Positions 28,283-38,146 are shown, numbered from the stretch's first letter. The stretch is 64,000 nt of DNA from an uncultured Collinsella sp. (GCA_902494165.1 CABUSD010000002.1:8050-72049); one strand, 5' to 3'. Notes: generated from the sequence alone by a model not told the origin. Program-made: numbers and translations.

Positions 28283-29602
28283 ATGCCTGCCGATTCTCTT
28301 CGCGATGCCGCGTTTTGCGATGTTTTGAACCGCGAGCTTGTCTGTGCACTCGGCTGCACCGAGCCCATTGCCGTTGCCTATGCAGCGGCGTTGGCGAGCC
28401 AGACGCTTGGTTGCGAACCCGATCATATGGATGTTGCCTGCTCGGGCAACATCATCAAGAACGTCAAGAGCGTGACCGTGCCCAACTCGGGTGGTATGCA
28501 CGGTATTGAGGCCGCGGCCGTGCTGGGTGCCGTGGGCGGCGACGCCAAGAGCGCGCTCGAGGTGCTCGAGAGCGTTAACGATGAAGACCGTGCACGCGTG
28601 GTCGAGCTCCTCGCCGACGCCGACTACTGCGATGTGTCGCTTGTCGAGGGCGTGCCCAACCTCTACATCAAGGTGACTGCGACGGCCGGGGGCCATACCG
28701 CGGTCGTCGAGATTACCGATCACCACACCAATGTCACGTGCCATACGCTCGACGGTATTCCGGTGTGCGGCAAGTCGGCGGGGGAGTGTGCCGCCTGCGC
28801 CGAGCGCGTGGTGGCCGAGCGTGCGGCGGATAAGGCCGACACGCCCATGTCGATCGAGACCATCATCGACTTTATCGAGGACGGCGACATTGAGGACGCC
28901 CGCGCTGCCGTTGAGCGTCAGATTGAGCTGAATGGCGCGATCAGTGCCGAGGGCCTTGCGCACGCTTGGGGCGCCGAGGTGGGTCGTACGCTGCTGGGTG
29001 CTCGTGCCGATGACGTCGCCTGCCGTGCCCGTGCCCGTGCGGCCGCCGGGTCCGACGCCCGCATGAATGGCTGCGCGCTGCCGGTCGCCATTGTGTGCGG
29101 CTCGGGCAATCAGGGCATTACCTGCGCATTGCCCGTCATGGAGTATGCCGAGTACCTGCGTTGCGACCACGAGCGCCTGGTGCGCGCCGTGATGCTGTCC
29201 GATCTGATCGCCGTGCATATCAAGAGCTATATTGGTGCGCTCTCGGCGTTTTGCGGTGCTATTTGCGCCGCGTGCGGCGCCGGCGCTGCGATTACCTGGC
29301 TGTGCGGTGGCACGCGCGAGCAGATTGGCGCGACGGTCTCGAATACGCTCGGTAACGTGGGCGGCATCGTGTGCGACGGCGCCAAGGCGAGCTGTGCCGC
29401 CAAGATCTCGGCTGCCGTCGATGCGGCGATTCTGGGCCATGATATGGCCATGCAGGGTCGCGGCTTCCGCGCCGGCGAGGGCCTGATCCAAGATACCGTT
29501 GAGCAGACAATCGCTAGCATGGGCTACGTAGGCCGTGTGGGTATGAAGGACACCGACGTCGAGATCCTCAACATCATGATCGGCAAAACCCAAGTGTGCT
29601 AG
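28283..29602 (+). CDS. cyuA: L-cysteine desulfidase family protein (UPF0597 / YhaM-CyuA-like)
   Basis: 439 aa with the N-terminal ALGCTEPIAVAYAAALA motif typical of the serine-dehydratase-alpha-like CyuA family. RBS GTAGGAGA. Confidence 0.7.
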   Translation: MPADSLRDAAFCDVLNRELVCALGCTEPIAVAYAAALASQTLGCEPDHMDVACSGNIIKNVKSVTVPNSGGMHGIEAAAVLGAVGGDAKSALEVLESVNDEDRARVVELLADADYCDVSLVEGVPNLYIKVTATAGGHTAVVEITDHHTNVTCHTLDGIPVCGKSAGECAACAERVVAERAADKADTPMSIETIIDFIEDGDIEDARAAVERQIELNGAISAEGLAHAWGAEVGRTLLGARADDVACRARARAAAGSDARMNGCALPVAIVCGSGNQGITCALPVMEYAEYLRCDHERLVRAVMLSDLIAVHIKSYIGALSAFCGAICAACGAGAAITWLCGGTREQIGATVSNTLGNVGGIVCDGAKASCAAKISAAVDAAILGHDMAMQGRGFRAGEGLIQDTVEQTIASMGYVGRVGMKDTDVEILNIMIGKTQVC

Positions 29603-30357
29603 GACAGTTCGTCGGCTATTTGGTGCTCGTAGAAGGCTTCTACTACGGCGTTGAACTCGCGGGCGAAGTCTTCCATGGTTCCGCGCCAGGTGGCTCGGCT
29701 GGGCTTGCCTTGGCCCACAAAGGCGGTTTGGATGCCGCAATCGGGGGACGGGAAGTCGCGTTTGGGATCGTTGCCCACCATAAGGACCTCGTGTGGCTCG
29801 AGCCCCATCACCTGAAGCTGCTCTAGATAGTAGGTAGCATCGGGCTTGCAGCGGGTAGTGTTTCCCATGTGCGTCACGAGTTCAAAGGGGGCGTCGGCCA
29901 GGTCGCCCCAGCCCATGCGGCACTCGATGGCCCCCTGGGGAAAGCTGGGGTTGGTAAAGAGCGCGCAACGCAGTCCAGCGTCCTGTACGGCCTGGAGCGC
30001 GGCGTGCGCGCCCGGCATAGCGTGGGCGTTAATGACATCGTCGTTCTTGTACGGAAGAACTTCGCGGTCGTAGTAGGTAAACGCCTCGTAGATGAGGGGA
30101 TCGGAGAGGCAGATCCCGCATCGGCGCTCGACCTCTTCTTGGTAAAACTCAAGATTGGTGCGGTTGTCCGTGCCGCTGCGGCGATTGGCGTTGAGGTCGA
30201 CCAGGATGGTGCCGAGGCGTGCCATCGTGCCACCGCGGCTGCGGCGGCCGATATCCGCGAGCATCGAAGAGACATCCTTAAAATAGCGAAGGATGAACGC
30301 GTTGAGGTTGATGCTGAGAAGCGTTTCGTCCATATCGAAAACGACTGCTTTGAGCAC
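29599..30357 (-). CDS. HAD-family hydrolase
   Basis: GTG 30357 has RBS GAGAAAGG, giving VLKAVVFDMDETLL (HAD motif I at the N-terminus). An alternative upstream ATG lies at 30465. Confidence 0.65.
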   Translation of the reverse strand: MLKAVVFDMDETLLSINLNAFILRYFKDVSSMLADIGRRSRGGTMARLGTILVDLNANRRSGTDNRTNLEFYQEEVERRCGICLSDPLIYEAFTYYDREVLPYKNDDVINAHAMPGAHAALQAVQDAGLRCALFTNPSFPQGAIECRMGWGDLADAPFELVTHMGNTTRCKPDATYYLEQLQVMGLEPHEVLMVGNDPKRDFPSPDCGIQTAFVGQGKPSRATWRGTMEDFAREFNAVVEAFYEHQIADELS

Positions 30358-30672
30358 GCGGGCACCTTTCTCGAAAAATCGATCTAGAATCGTTGGCTCC
30401 GGATACTTTACCCCAAAGCCGAATGCCTGGCTGGTTATCGTCAAGTTGCGGAGACGTGTGTTCATAAGATTACGAAAAAGTCTCCACACGAGTAAAAAAT
30501 CGCAGTTCACGCTTGAAATCGAACTCATTTCCCCGTAACCTATACGAACGTGATTGCATAAGCGTCACATTAGTATCTGTCGGCTCCCGAGTGTTCCTAA
30601 ACGTTGTGTGCTTGTCGCACCCTTCTGTAGGTCCTAGCAATCGGGGCCCCGTAGTTCGAAAGGGGTCCACCT

Positions 30673-31839
30673 TTGAGTGAGATTCAGAACTCGTCCATTT
30701 TCTCTCTTGACGATGTCAATGAGGAGGAGATGAACAACCTCATCGACGGTACGATTACCGACTTTGATGAGGGCGATCTCGTTAACGGCACTGTCGTTAA
30801 GATCGAGCATGACGAGGTGCTCGTTGACATCGGATTCAAGTCCGAGGGCGTTATCCCGGTCCGCGAGCTGTCCATCCGCAAGGACGCTAACCCTGCAGAC
30901 ATCGTTGCACTCGGTGATCCCATCGAGGCTCTGGTTCTCCAGAAGGAGGACAAGGACGGTCGTCTGGTCCTGTCCAAGAAGCGTGCCGAGTACGAGCGTG
31001 CTTGGAACCGCATCGAGGAGAAGTTCAACTCCGGCGAGAACGTCGAGGGCGAGGTTATCGAGGTTGTCAAGGGCGGCCTGATCCTCGACATCGGCCTGCG
31101 TGGCTTCCTGCCCGCTTCCCTCGTCGACCTCCGTCGTGTCAAGGACCTCACCTCCTACATGGGCACCCGCATCGAGGCTCGCGTCATCGAGATGGACCGC
31201 AACCGCAACAACGTCGTCCTCTCCCGTCGCGTCGTGCTCGAGGAGTCCCGTAAGGCCGAGCGCTCCGAGATCCTGTCCAAGCTCAAGTCTGGCATGCGTC
31301 TCCAGGGCACCGTTTCCTCCATCGTCGACTTCGGCGCCTTCGTCGACCTCGGCGGTATCGACGGCCTCATCCACATCTCCGAGCTCTCCTGGAACCACGT
31401 CAACCATCCTTCCGAGGTTGTCAAGGTCGGCCAGGAGGTCGAGGTCGAGGTTCTCGACGTCGATCTCAACCGCGAGCGCATCTCCCTGGGTCTCAAGCAG
31501 ACCACCGAGGATCCGTGGCGCGCACTGGTCAAGAAGTACCCCGTCGGCGCTATCGTCGAGGGCACTGTGACCAAGCTTGTCCCGTTCGGCGCCTTCGTCG
31601 ACCTGGGCGAGGGCATCGAGGGCTTGGTGCACATCTCCGAGATGGCCAACAAGCACGTCGATCAGCCTTCTCAGGTCACCCACGTGGGCGACAAGGTTCA
31701 GGTCAAGGTCATGGAGATCGACCTCGACCGTCGTCGTATCTCCCTGTCCATGAAGTCCGCTGCTGAGACTCTGGGCGTCGAGATCGAGGTTACCCCGCTT
31801 CCTTCCGAGAAGAAGGACGAGGAGACCGACGCCGAGTAA
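30673..31839 (+). CDS. rpsA: 30S ribosomal protein S1 (four S1 domains)
   Basis: Repeated S1 motifs (G.V..I..FGAFVDLG.IDGL.HISE). TTG start preceded by AAAGGGG. Confidence 0.9.
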   Translation: MSEIQNSSIFSLDDVNEEEMNNLIDGTITDFDEGDLVNGTVVKIEHDEVLVDIGFKSEGVIPVRELSIRKDANPADIVALGDPIEALVLQKEDKDGRLVLSKKRAEYERAWNRIEEKFNSGENVEGEVIEVVKGGLILDIGLRGFLPASLVDLRRVKDLTSYMGTRIEARVIEMDRNRNNVVLSRRVVLEESRKAERSEILSKLKSGMRLQGTVSSIVDFGAFVDLGGIDGLIHISELSWNHVNHPSEVVKVGQEVEVEVLDVDLNRERISLGLKQTTEDPWRALVKKYPVGAIVEGTVTKLVPFGAFVDLGEGIEGLVHISEMANKHVDQPSQVTHVGDKVQVKVMEIDLDRRRISLSMKSAAETLGVEIEVTPLPSEKKDEETDAE

Positions 31840-31864
31840 ATCGGTTTGACGATCACTTGTTTTA

Positions 31865-31897
31865 AGGGATCCGTCCGTAATGGACGGGTCCCTTTTT
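31865..31897 (+). terminator. rpsA terminator
   Basis: AGGGATCCGTCC-GTAA-TGGACGGGTCCCT followed by TTTTT. Confidence 0.85.
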
Positions 31898-32159
31898 GCA
31901 TTTGGTGCCGAGATGCACGATGCTGCCCATGCTGTCCACAGGCTATTTGGTTGTCGCTGCATGAAAAAACGCCGACATCCCGCCTCGGGGAGGAGGCGGG
32001 AACGCACCGAGTAGACGGAGGGGTGCGGAGCGCGGTCGCGTCTCGACTGACGACGTTGCCCATCGACAGGACCATTGTAGCGCATGGCGGTTCTTGGTTT
32101 ATCGTGTCGAGCGTTTGCGTTGTGCCATTGCCTGCGGCAACGGTGTGTTACACTCTTGC

Positions 32160-32526
32160 ACTGCTGAGTGGGCCAGACGGTCGCGCGATGTGCTGCTTGC
32201 AGTACGCGTGAGGAAAGTCCGGGCTCCAGAGGGCGGGATGCCGGCTAACGGCCGGGCGGAGTGATCCGACGGAAAGCGCCGCAGAAAAGAAGACTCCCAC
32301 CTGCGCCGCAAGGCGTAAAGGGAAAAGCTGAAACGGTGGTGTAAGAGACCACCAGCGTCGTGGCAACACGGCGGCTTGGCAAGCCCCATCCGGAGCAAGC
32401 GCGAATAGGAACGCTATGGGCCGGCCCGGTCCGCGTTCGGGTAGCGTGCGTGGAGCTGCACGGTAACGTGCAGACAAGATAAATGACCGTTCACGACAGA
32501 ACCCGGCTTACAAGCCCACTCGGCAC
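32160..32526 (+). ncRNA. rnpB: RNase P RNA (bacterial type A)
   Basis: Conserved GAGGAAAGTCCGGGCTCC (P4 5' strand) at 32210-32227 and ACAGAACCCGGCTTA (P4 3' strand) near 32496-32510. P1 pairs TGCTGAGTGGGC with GCCCACTCGGCA. Ends are approximate. Confidence 0.9.
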
Positions 32527-32538
32527 TTTGTTGACGCT

Positions 32539-32643
32539 GCGAACCCGTCAGCGCGGCAATCTGCCTTTCAAGCCTTCGGGCATGACCATAAGGTCAATGC
32601 CCTCGTCTTTCAAGGCACCTTGCTCGCGCTGACGGGTTCTCGC
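32539..32643. repeat. About 105-nt rod-like imperfect palindrome
   Basis: Outer 15-bp perfect stem (GAACCCGTCAGCGCG / CGCGCTGACGGGTTC), inner TGCCTT/AAGGCA, and apical GGGCATGACC-ATAA-GGTCAATGCCC. Confidence 0.6.
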
Positions 32644-32749
32644 TGTTGGTGACGGTATCATTGGCGTTTCCGTTCTTGTTAGAGGGCAACGGTGCTGTCT
32701 TTGCCGTATTATTGAGGCTGTTTGTTGCTTTGCTTGTTGTTGAGGGGCT

Positions 32750-33388
32750 TTGTTGGACAGCTATTTTACTCTGCAATCGAATATTGAGGCTACGGGCGAG
32801 TTCGTTGACCGCAAGAGCCGGTTTATTGCCCAGCTGGTCCATATTGAGTCCGAGGATGAGGCGAATGCCTTTATCGAGATGGTTCGCAAGCGTCATTACG
32901 ACGCTCGACACAATGTTCCCGCGTGGATTTTAGTCGATGGACGCGAGCGCCAGAGCGATGATGGTGAGCCGAGCCGCACGAGCGGTATGCCGACGCTCGA
33001 GGTGTTGCGCGGCGCAGAGCTCAAAAATGTTTGCTGCGTGGTGACGCGCTATTTTGGTGGCACGCTGTTGGGACCTGGTGGCTTGGTGCGCGCCTATACT
33101 GCGGCGACGCAGGCGGCGGTGGCAGCTGCTCGGGAGGCCGGGCAGATTGTCGAGATGACGAGTGTCGTGCCTGTTGACGTGCATGTGGCCTATCCGCAGT
33201 ATGAGCAGGTGCTTCGTTTGGCGCAGGATTCGGGTGCCAAGGTTTCGGATACCGATTACGCGGATGCCGTGACACTTCACCTGGTATTCAAAGCGGGGGA
33301 GCAGGAGCAATTTTGCGCCAAGATGCGCGAGCTTATGGCGGGGCGCGAAGAGATCGAGGTCGGCGCTCCCAAATTTGCCGAGTTCTAA
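32750..33388 (+). CDS. yigZ: YigZ / IMPACT-family protein (UPF0029)
   Basis: 212 aa with ...VDRKSRFIAQL...RHNVPAWIL...DDGEPSRTSGMP...VVTRYFGGTLLGPGGLVRAY. TTG start (32750 or 32753). Confidence 0.8.
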   Translation: MLDSYFTLQSNIEATGEFVDRKSRFIAQLVHIESEDEANAFIEMVRKRHYDARHNVPAWILVDGRERQSDDGEPSRTSGMPTLEVLRGAELKNVCCVVTRYFGGTLLGPGGLVRAYTAATQAAVAAAREAGQIVEMTSVVPVDVHVAYPQYEQVLRLAQDSGAKVSDTDYADAVTLHLVFKAGEQEQFCAKMRELMAGREEIEVGAPKFAEF

Positions 33389-33391
33389 CGG

Positions 33392-33443
33392 CGACGGCCG
33401 GCGTTTTTTTGGATGGATCCCAAACGCGCCGGCCGTCGTTTTA
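33392..33443. terminator. Bidirectional terminator between convergent yigZ and the C_GCAxxG gene
   Basis: CGACGGCCGGCG / CGCCGGCCGTCG 12-bp stem with T-runs on both sides. Confidence 0.75.
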
Positions 33444-33455
33444 TGTTGCTGCCGT

Positions 33456-33902
33456 TTACTCGGCGAGCTGCTTTAGCACATCGCAGGCGATCTCGATGGC
33501 ATCGTCGATGCAGCCGGGGCAGCTGCGGAGCGGACCCTTATCCGATCCGATGCCCTTGAGCGTGCCGCAGACGGTCGTCGTGTTCTTCTCGCCAAATCGC
33601 TTGGCAATCTCGCGCGACAGCTTGTAGGTCTGGCCTTTGGTCTTGGGGTTCTCCATGCCGTCGCTCATTACAAAGCCCATTATGGCAACAGCGCCCGAGA
33701 TGGCGCCGCAGGTCTCGGTCATGCCACCCATGCCGGCGCCAAAGCCCTCGGTGAGGGTAAAGGCAGTCTGGGGGTCGAGCCCGACGGCAGGTGCGAGCGT
33801 GCAGGCAACGGCCTGGGCGCAGTTAAAGCCACGGGCGTGGTATTCGGCAGCTTGAGCCTGACAGGCGGTGATGTCGAGCTGGGCCGTATCGATTTGCTTC
33901 AT
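33456..33902 (-). CDS. C_GCAxxG_C_C family (redox-active Cys) protein
   Basis: Start MKQIDTAQ... with RBS AAGGAGA. Motifs ...GFNCAQAV... and ...CGAISGA...C. Confidence 0.75.
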   Translation of the reverse strand: MKQIDTAQLDITACQAQAAEYHARGFNCAQAVACTLAPAVGLDPQTAFTLTEGFGAGMGGMTETCGAISGAVAIMGFVMSDGMENPKTKGQTYKLSREIAKRFGEKNTTTVCGTLKGIGSDKGPLRSCPGCIDDAIEIACDVLKQLAE

Positions 33903-34132
33903 CGTTGTCTCCTTGGTTACGGTGTACCCGCCTATGGTACCCGTGACGGGGTATGTAATCATCGAGAGCTTCATGTATGCCTCATTTTTATCTATCGAGC
34001 AAATGCCCAAGGCTTGAGATAAATACCCCTGATCAATTTGTCCTATAACCTACCTTGGGGATGGGTTGAGAGGGGTGCAGGGTAGCGGTATCGTGAACCG
34101 AATGAAACGTAACCCAGGCTAGGGAGCTAGAT

Positions 34133-35416
34133 ATGAGCGAGCAGACCATCGGTACCACATGTGTTCAGGGCGGCTATCACCCGGGAGATGCCGAGCCGCG
34201 CCAGGTGCCCATCTACCAGTCCACCACGTGGAAGTACGACACGTCGGAGCACATGGGCAAGCTGTTTGACCTGGAGGAGTCTGGTTACTTCTACAGCCGT
34301 CTGCAGAACCCCACGTGCGATCTCGTTGCCGCCAAGATCTGCGAGATGGAGGGCGGCACCGCTGCGATGCTCACGAGCTCGGGCATGGCTGCGAATTTCC
34401 TCGCGATTTTTAACGTGGCCGGTGCCGGCGATCATGTGGTCGCGAGCTCTGCTATCTACGGCGGTACCTACAACCTGCTCGCCCATACTATGGAGCGCAT
34501 GGGTTTGACCTGTACCTTCGTTGCCCCCGACTGCACCGACGAGGAGCTCGAGGCAGCCTTTGAGCCCAATACCAAGCTCGTCTTTGGCGAGACCATCGCC
34601 AACCCCGCCCTTGCCGTGCTCGATATTGAGCGCTTTGCCAAGGCCGCGCACGACCACGGCGTGCCACTGATGGTCGACAACACCTTCCCGACGCCCGTGA
34701 TGTGCCGTCCCTTTGAGTGGGGCGCCGACATCGTCACGCACTCCACCACTAAGTACATGGATGGCCATGCGGCCTACCTGGGCGGCGTGATCGTCGATCA
34801 CGGCCAGTTTGACTGGATGGCCCATGCAGATAAGTTCCCGGGTCTCACCACGCCTGACGAGAGCTATCACGGCGTGACCTATGCCGAGAAGTTCGGTCGC
34901 GAGGGCGCCTTCATTACCAAGGCCACCGCGCAGCTCATGCGCGACCTCGGCCCCATGCAGAACCCGCAGGCGGCCTTCTTCCTGAACAGCTCGCTCGAGA
35001 GCCTGCATGTACGCATGCCGCGTCATTGTGAGAACGGCCTGGCCGTTGCCAAGTTCCTGCAGAGCCATCCCAAGGTGCGCTTCGTGAGCTATCCGGGCCT
35101 GGAGGGCGATAAGTACTATGACCTGGCTCAGAAGTACATGCCCAACGGTACCTGCGGCGTTGTGAGCTTTGGCTTTAACGGTGGTCGCGCGGCGGCCGAG
35201 ACCTTTATGAAGAGCCTCAAGCTCGCCCAGATCGCCACGCACGTGGCCGATGCCCGCACTTGCTGCCTGCATCCCGCTAATGCCACGCATCGCCAGATGA
35301 ACGATGAGGAGCTCATCGCCTGTGGCATCTCCGCCGACATGGTGCGCCTGTCGTGCGGCCTCGAGGACACGGCCGATCTGATTGCCGACCTTGAGCAGGC
35401 ACTCGAGCAGTGCTAG
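34133..35416 (+). CDS. metY: O-acetylhomoserine sulfhydrylase (aminocarboxypropyltransferase), PLP-dependent
   Basis: 427 aa of the Cys/Met-metabolism PLP family, including HSTTKYMDGH (PLP lysine). Confidence 0.85.
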   Translation: MSEQTIGTTCVQGGYHPGDAEPRQVPIYQSTTWKYDTSEHMGKLFDLEESGYFYSRLQNPTCDLVAAKICEMEGGTAAMLTSSGMAANFLAIFNVAGAGDHVVASSAIYGGTYNLLAHTMERMGLTCTFVAPDCTDEELEAAFEPNTKLVFGETIANPALAVLDIERFAKAAHDHGVPLMVDNTFPTPVMCRPFEWGADIVTHSTTKYMDGHAAYLGGVIVDHGQFDWMAHADKFPGLTTPDESYHGVTYAEKFGREGAFITKATAQLMRDLGPMQNPQAAFFLNSSLESLHVRMPRHCENGLAVAKFLQSHPKVRFVSYPGLEGDKYYDLAQKYMPNGTCGVVSFGFNGGRAAAETFMKSLKLAQIATHVADARTCCLHPANATHRQMNDEELIACGISADMVRLSCGLEDTADLIADLEQALEQC

Positions 35417-35484
35417 GCTAGCTCCGTACAAGGTGCCGATGCTGGCAGAAAGCTTCGGTGACCTTTCGTTCCGATTCCGTAGGC

Positions 35485-35531
35485 GGGACCCCAATCGCGG
35501 CTGTTTGCAGGCGATCGGGGCCCCGTTTTTT
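35485..35531 (+). terminator. metY terminator
   Basis: Imperfect GC-rich stem followed by TTTTTT. Confidence 0.7.
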
Positions 35532-35551
35532 GCGTTAGGCCACTCGAAAGG

Positions 35552-36862
35552 ATGGATATGGAGAAAACTGCAGAGCAGTTGCGCCGCGAGCACATTGCTC
35601 TAGAGGGCGACACCCATGGCAAGAACAAATGGGCGATTCTGTTTACCGTGCTCATCATGACGTTTATGTCGTGTCTGGATTCGACCGTCGTGACCGTGGC
35701 GTTGCCCGTGATGCAAAAGGAGCTGGGCGTGGGCCTCGACCGCATCCAGCTGGTGAGCTCGGTGTACCTGCTTGCGACATGCGTGGCTATGCTGCCGTTT
35801 GGCCGCTTGGGCGACGTGCGCGGCAAGGTGGGCGTATTCCAGCTGGGCGTAATCGTTTTTACGGCCGGCTCGCTGCTTTGCGGCCTTTCGGGTTCGCTCG
35901 AGGTTCTTATCCTGGCACGCATTGTTCAGGGCGTCGGTTGCGCGGCGGCCATGGCTAACAACATGGGTATCATCACCGAGTCGTTTCCGGCGCGCGAACG
36001 TGGCCGTGCCATGGGTATTCTCGCGACCTTTGTGGCCCTCGGCATGATGTGTGGCCCCGTGCTTGGCGGCATGCTGGTGGCAAGCTTTCCCTGGGAGAGT
36101 ATCTTCCTCATCAACCTGCCTATTGGCGTGATCTCGTTTATCGTGGGGCTCTACACGCTGCCGCATGTTAAGCCGGAGGCCGGCGAGCGCCCCATGTCCC
36201 TGATCGAGGCCGCTCGTCGCTGCTTTGCAAATTCGGCCTTCACCATCAACCTTGCCTGCATGCTCATCGTGTTCGTTGGCATTGGCGCATCCGAGTTTAT
36301 TCTGCCGTTCTATTTTCAGGACGCCCACGGCTTTGGTTCCGACATTTCCGGATTGCTCTTTTTGGCGCTGCCGATGGTGAATGCCTTTATCGGGCCGCTT
36401 TCGGGTACGGTTTCGGACCGTGTTGGCTGCGAGGGCCCTACGGCGGTCGGCCTGGGCGTGTATGTGTGCGGTCTCTTTGCGGTAAGCACGCTCGACGAGC
36501 GCTCTTCTATCCCTGTGATCGTGTGCTGTGTCGCGTTTATGTCGTGCGGTACGTCGGTTTTCCAGAGTCCTAACAACTCGTTGTACATGGGCTCGGCTCC
36601 GCGCGAAGCACTCGGCTTTGCGGGTAGTCTGGGTAGCCTGGCGCGTTATGCGGGTATGGCACTCGGCATTACGGTGGCGTCGAATATCCTGTATGGACAG
36701 ATGAGCGTGGCGATGGGCGAGGCCGTGACCAGTTTTGTTGCAGGACGTCCGGATGTGTTCCTGTTTGGTTTCCGTTCGGTGTTCTATGTGTTGATGGCTG
36801 TGGCCGCTGTGGGCTTTGCGCTTGCCATGGTGCGTTTGGTGAAGATGCGCGCCCGCCATTAG
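35552..36862 (+). CDS. MFS transporter (DHA2/EmrB-like drug:H+ antiporter family)
   Basis: 436 aa with multiple TM segments and motif ...LDSTVVTVALP...GRLGDVRGK. Start is 35552 or 35558. Confidence 0.8.
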   Translation: MDMEKTAEQLRREHIALEGDTHGKNKWAILFTVLIMTFMSCLDSTVVTVALPVMQKELGVGLDRIQLVSSVYLLATCVAMLPFGRLGDVRGKVGVFQLGVIVFTAGSLLCGLSGSLEVLILARIVQGVGCAAAMANNMGIITESFPARERGRAMGILATFVALGMMCGPVLGGMLVASFPWESIFLINLPIGVISFIVGLYTLPHVKPEAGERPMSLIEAARRCFANSAFTINLACMLIVFVGIGASEFILPFYFQDAHGFGSDISGLLFLALPMVNAFIGPLSGTVSDRVGCEGPTAVGLGVYVCGLFAVSTLDERSSIPVIVCCVAFMSCGTSVFQSPNNSLYMGSAPREALGFAGSLGSLARYAGMALGITVASNILYGQMSVAMGEAVTSFVAGRPDVFLFGFRSVFYVLMAVAAVGFALAMVRLVKMRARH

Positions 36863-37019
36863 CGTGTTGGGAGGCTGTCTGCCACGATTCGCGCCGTCCC
36901 AAAAAGACTGGTTTGTGGTGCGATGCGGCTTGTGGGACGGGCGGGGGTCGGTCCGTGGTAGACTATCGAACAACGTTTATTAATCGCGCGGTATCGTTGC
37001 CGCGAGAAGGGGTTGCGCC

Positions 37020-37598
37020 ATGCAGGAGCTTGAGGATCGTATTCGCCATGACGGCATCGTAAAGGCCGGTAACGTCCTTAAGGTCGATGCCTTCCTCAAC
37101 CACCAGTGCGACGTTGAGCTGTTCGACCACATGGGTGCCGAGTGGGCCCGTCTGTTCGAGGGTGTCGAGATCAACAAGATCCTGACGATTGAGGCTTCGG
37201 GCATTGGCATGGCCTGCATCGCAGCTCAGCATTTTGGCGGCGTGCCGGTGGTCTTTGCCAAGAAGGCGCAGTCCATCAACCTCGATGGCGAGCAGTATGC
37301 CACGACCATCTACTCCTTCACCAAGCAGAAGGAGTACCCGGTCATTGTAGGTAAGCGCTTCCTGTCCGAGGGCGACAAGGTTCTGATCATCGACGACTTC
37401 TTGGCTAACGGCTGTGCGCTTGAGGGTCTCATCAAGATCTGCGAGGCTGCGGGCGCCGAGGTTGCCGGCATCGGTATTGCCGTGGAGAAGGGCTTCCAGG
37501 GCGGCGGCGATAAGCTCCGTCAGCGCGGCTTCCGCGTTGAGAGCCTGGCCCGTATCGCCGATATGGACTGCGAGAACGGCGAGATCACCTTCGCCTAA
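37020..37598 (+). CDS. xpt: Xanthine phosphoribosyltransferase
   Basis: 192 aa with [10 protein letters not shown] and the PRPP motif [11 protein letters not shown]. Confidence 0.9.
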   Translation: MQELEDRIRHDGIVKAGNVLKVDAFLNHQCDVELFDHMGAEWARLFEGVEINKILTIEASGIGMACIAAQHFGGVPVVFAKKAQSINLDGEQYATTIYSFTKQKEYPVIVGKRFLSEGDKVLIIDDFLANGCALEGLIKICEAAGAEVAGIGIAVEKGFQGGGDKLRQRGFRVESLARIADMDCENGEITFA

Positions 37599-37626
37599 GC
37601 GCGCAACACAAGCGATTGGTATGCGA

Positions 37627-37661
37627 TGTGACAAAGGGACTTTCCCTTTGTCACATTTTTT
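37627..37661 (+). terminator. xpt terminator
   Basis: TGTGACAAAGGGA-CTT-TCCCTTTGTCACA followed by TTTTTT. Confidence 0.9.
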
Positions 37662-37679
37662 ATGAGGGGAGGTGTTGAT

Positions 37680-38060
37680 ATGGATGAGAACAAGATGGGA
37701 TGGCGTGAGTATGCGCGCTATGCCGAGATGTCGGTCGAGGAGCTGGCGCACGATTGCGAGGTACAGGTGTTTCGCGCGACAGGTCCGGGCGGGCAGGGCG
37801 TGAACACGACGGACTCTGCGGTGCGCATGAAACATGGGCCCACGGGGATTGTCGTGACGGCGCGTGAGAGCCGCAGCCAGTTTCAGAATCGCGCGAGCTG
37901 TCTGCGTAAGCTGCGCGCTGAGCTTGAGCGTCGCGGGCGTCCACCGCGTCGACGCGTAAAGACCAAGGTGCCTCAGCGCTCTCGCCAGCGCAGGCTCAAC
38001 GACAAGCACTTCAACGCCATTAAAAAGGCCAACCGTCGCAAGCTGGGCGGGGAGGAATGA
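37680..38060 (+). CDS. arfB: ArfB-like GGQ peptidyl-tRNA hydrolase (RF-1 domain protein)
   Basis: [14 protein letters not shown] motif and a basic C-terminal tail. RBS GGGGAGG 7 nt before ATG 37680. Confidence 0.75.
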   Translation: MDENKMGWREYARYAEMSVEELAHDCEVQVFRATGPGGQGVNTTDSAVRMKHGPTGIVVTARESRSQFQNRASCLRKLRAELERRGRPPRRRVKTKVPQRSRQRRLNDKHFNAIKKANRRKLGGEE

Positions 38061-38070
38061 TCTTATCAAT

Positions 38071-38139
38071 AAGTTGCGGTGAAATAGGGACTGTTTTGCG
38101 GCTTTAGATGCATAAACAGTCCCTATTTCACCGCAACTT
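38071..38139. repeat. 69-bp palindromic repeat, copy A
   Basis: 25-bp perfect arms AAGTTGCGGTGAAATAGGGACTGTT / AACAGTCCCTATTTCACCGCAACTT with a 19-nt loop. It lies between convergent arfB and the lipid-kinase gene. Confidence 0.9.
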
Positions 38140-38146
38140 AGGTGGG

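Noticed and set aside
34011-34132. SAM or Met-responsive riboswitch upstream of metY.
   Set aside because: No SAM-I/II/IV consensus elements are recognisable in the 120-nt leader.
36963-37019. Purine riboswitch upstream of xpt. The segment TTATTAATCGCGCGGTATCGTTGCCGCGAG resembles the P1/J1-2/P2 part of the guanine aptamer.
   Set aside because: The P3 hairpin and the conserved J2-3/J3-1 nucleotides are missing, and the xpt ATG follows within about 20 nt. There is no room for a complete aptamer and expression platform.
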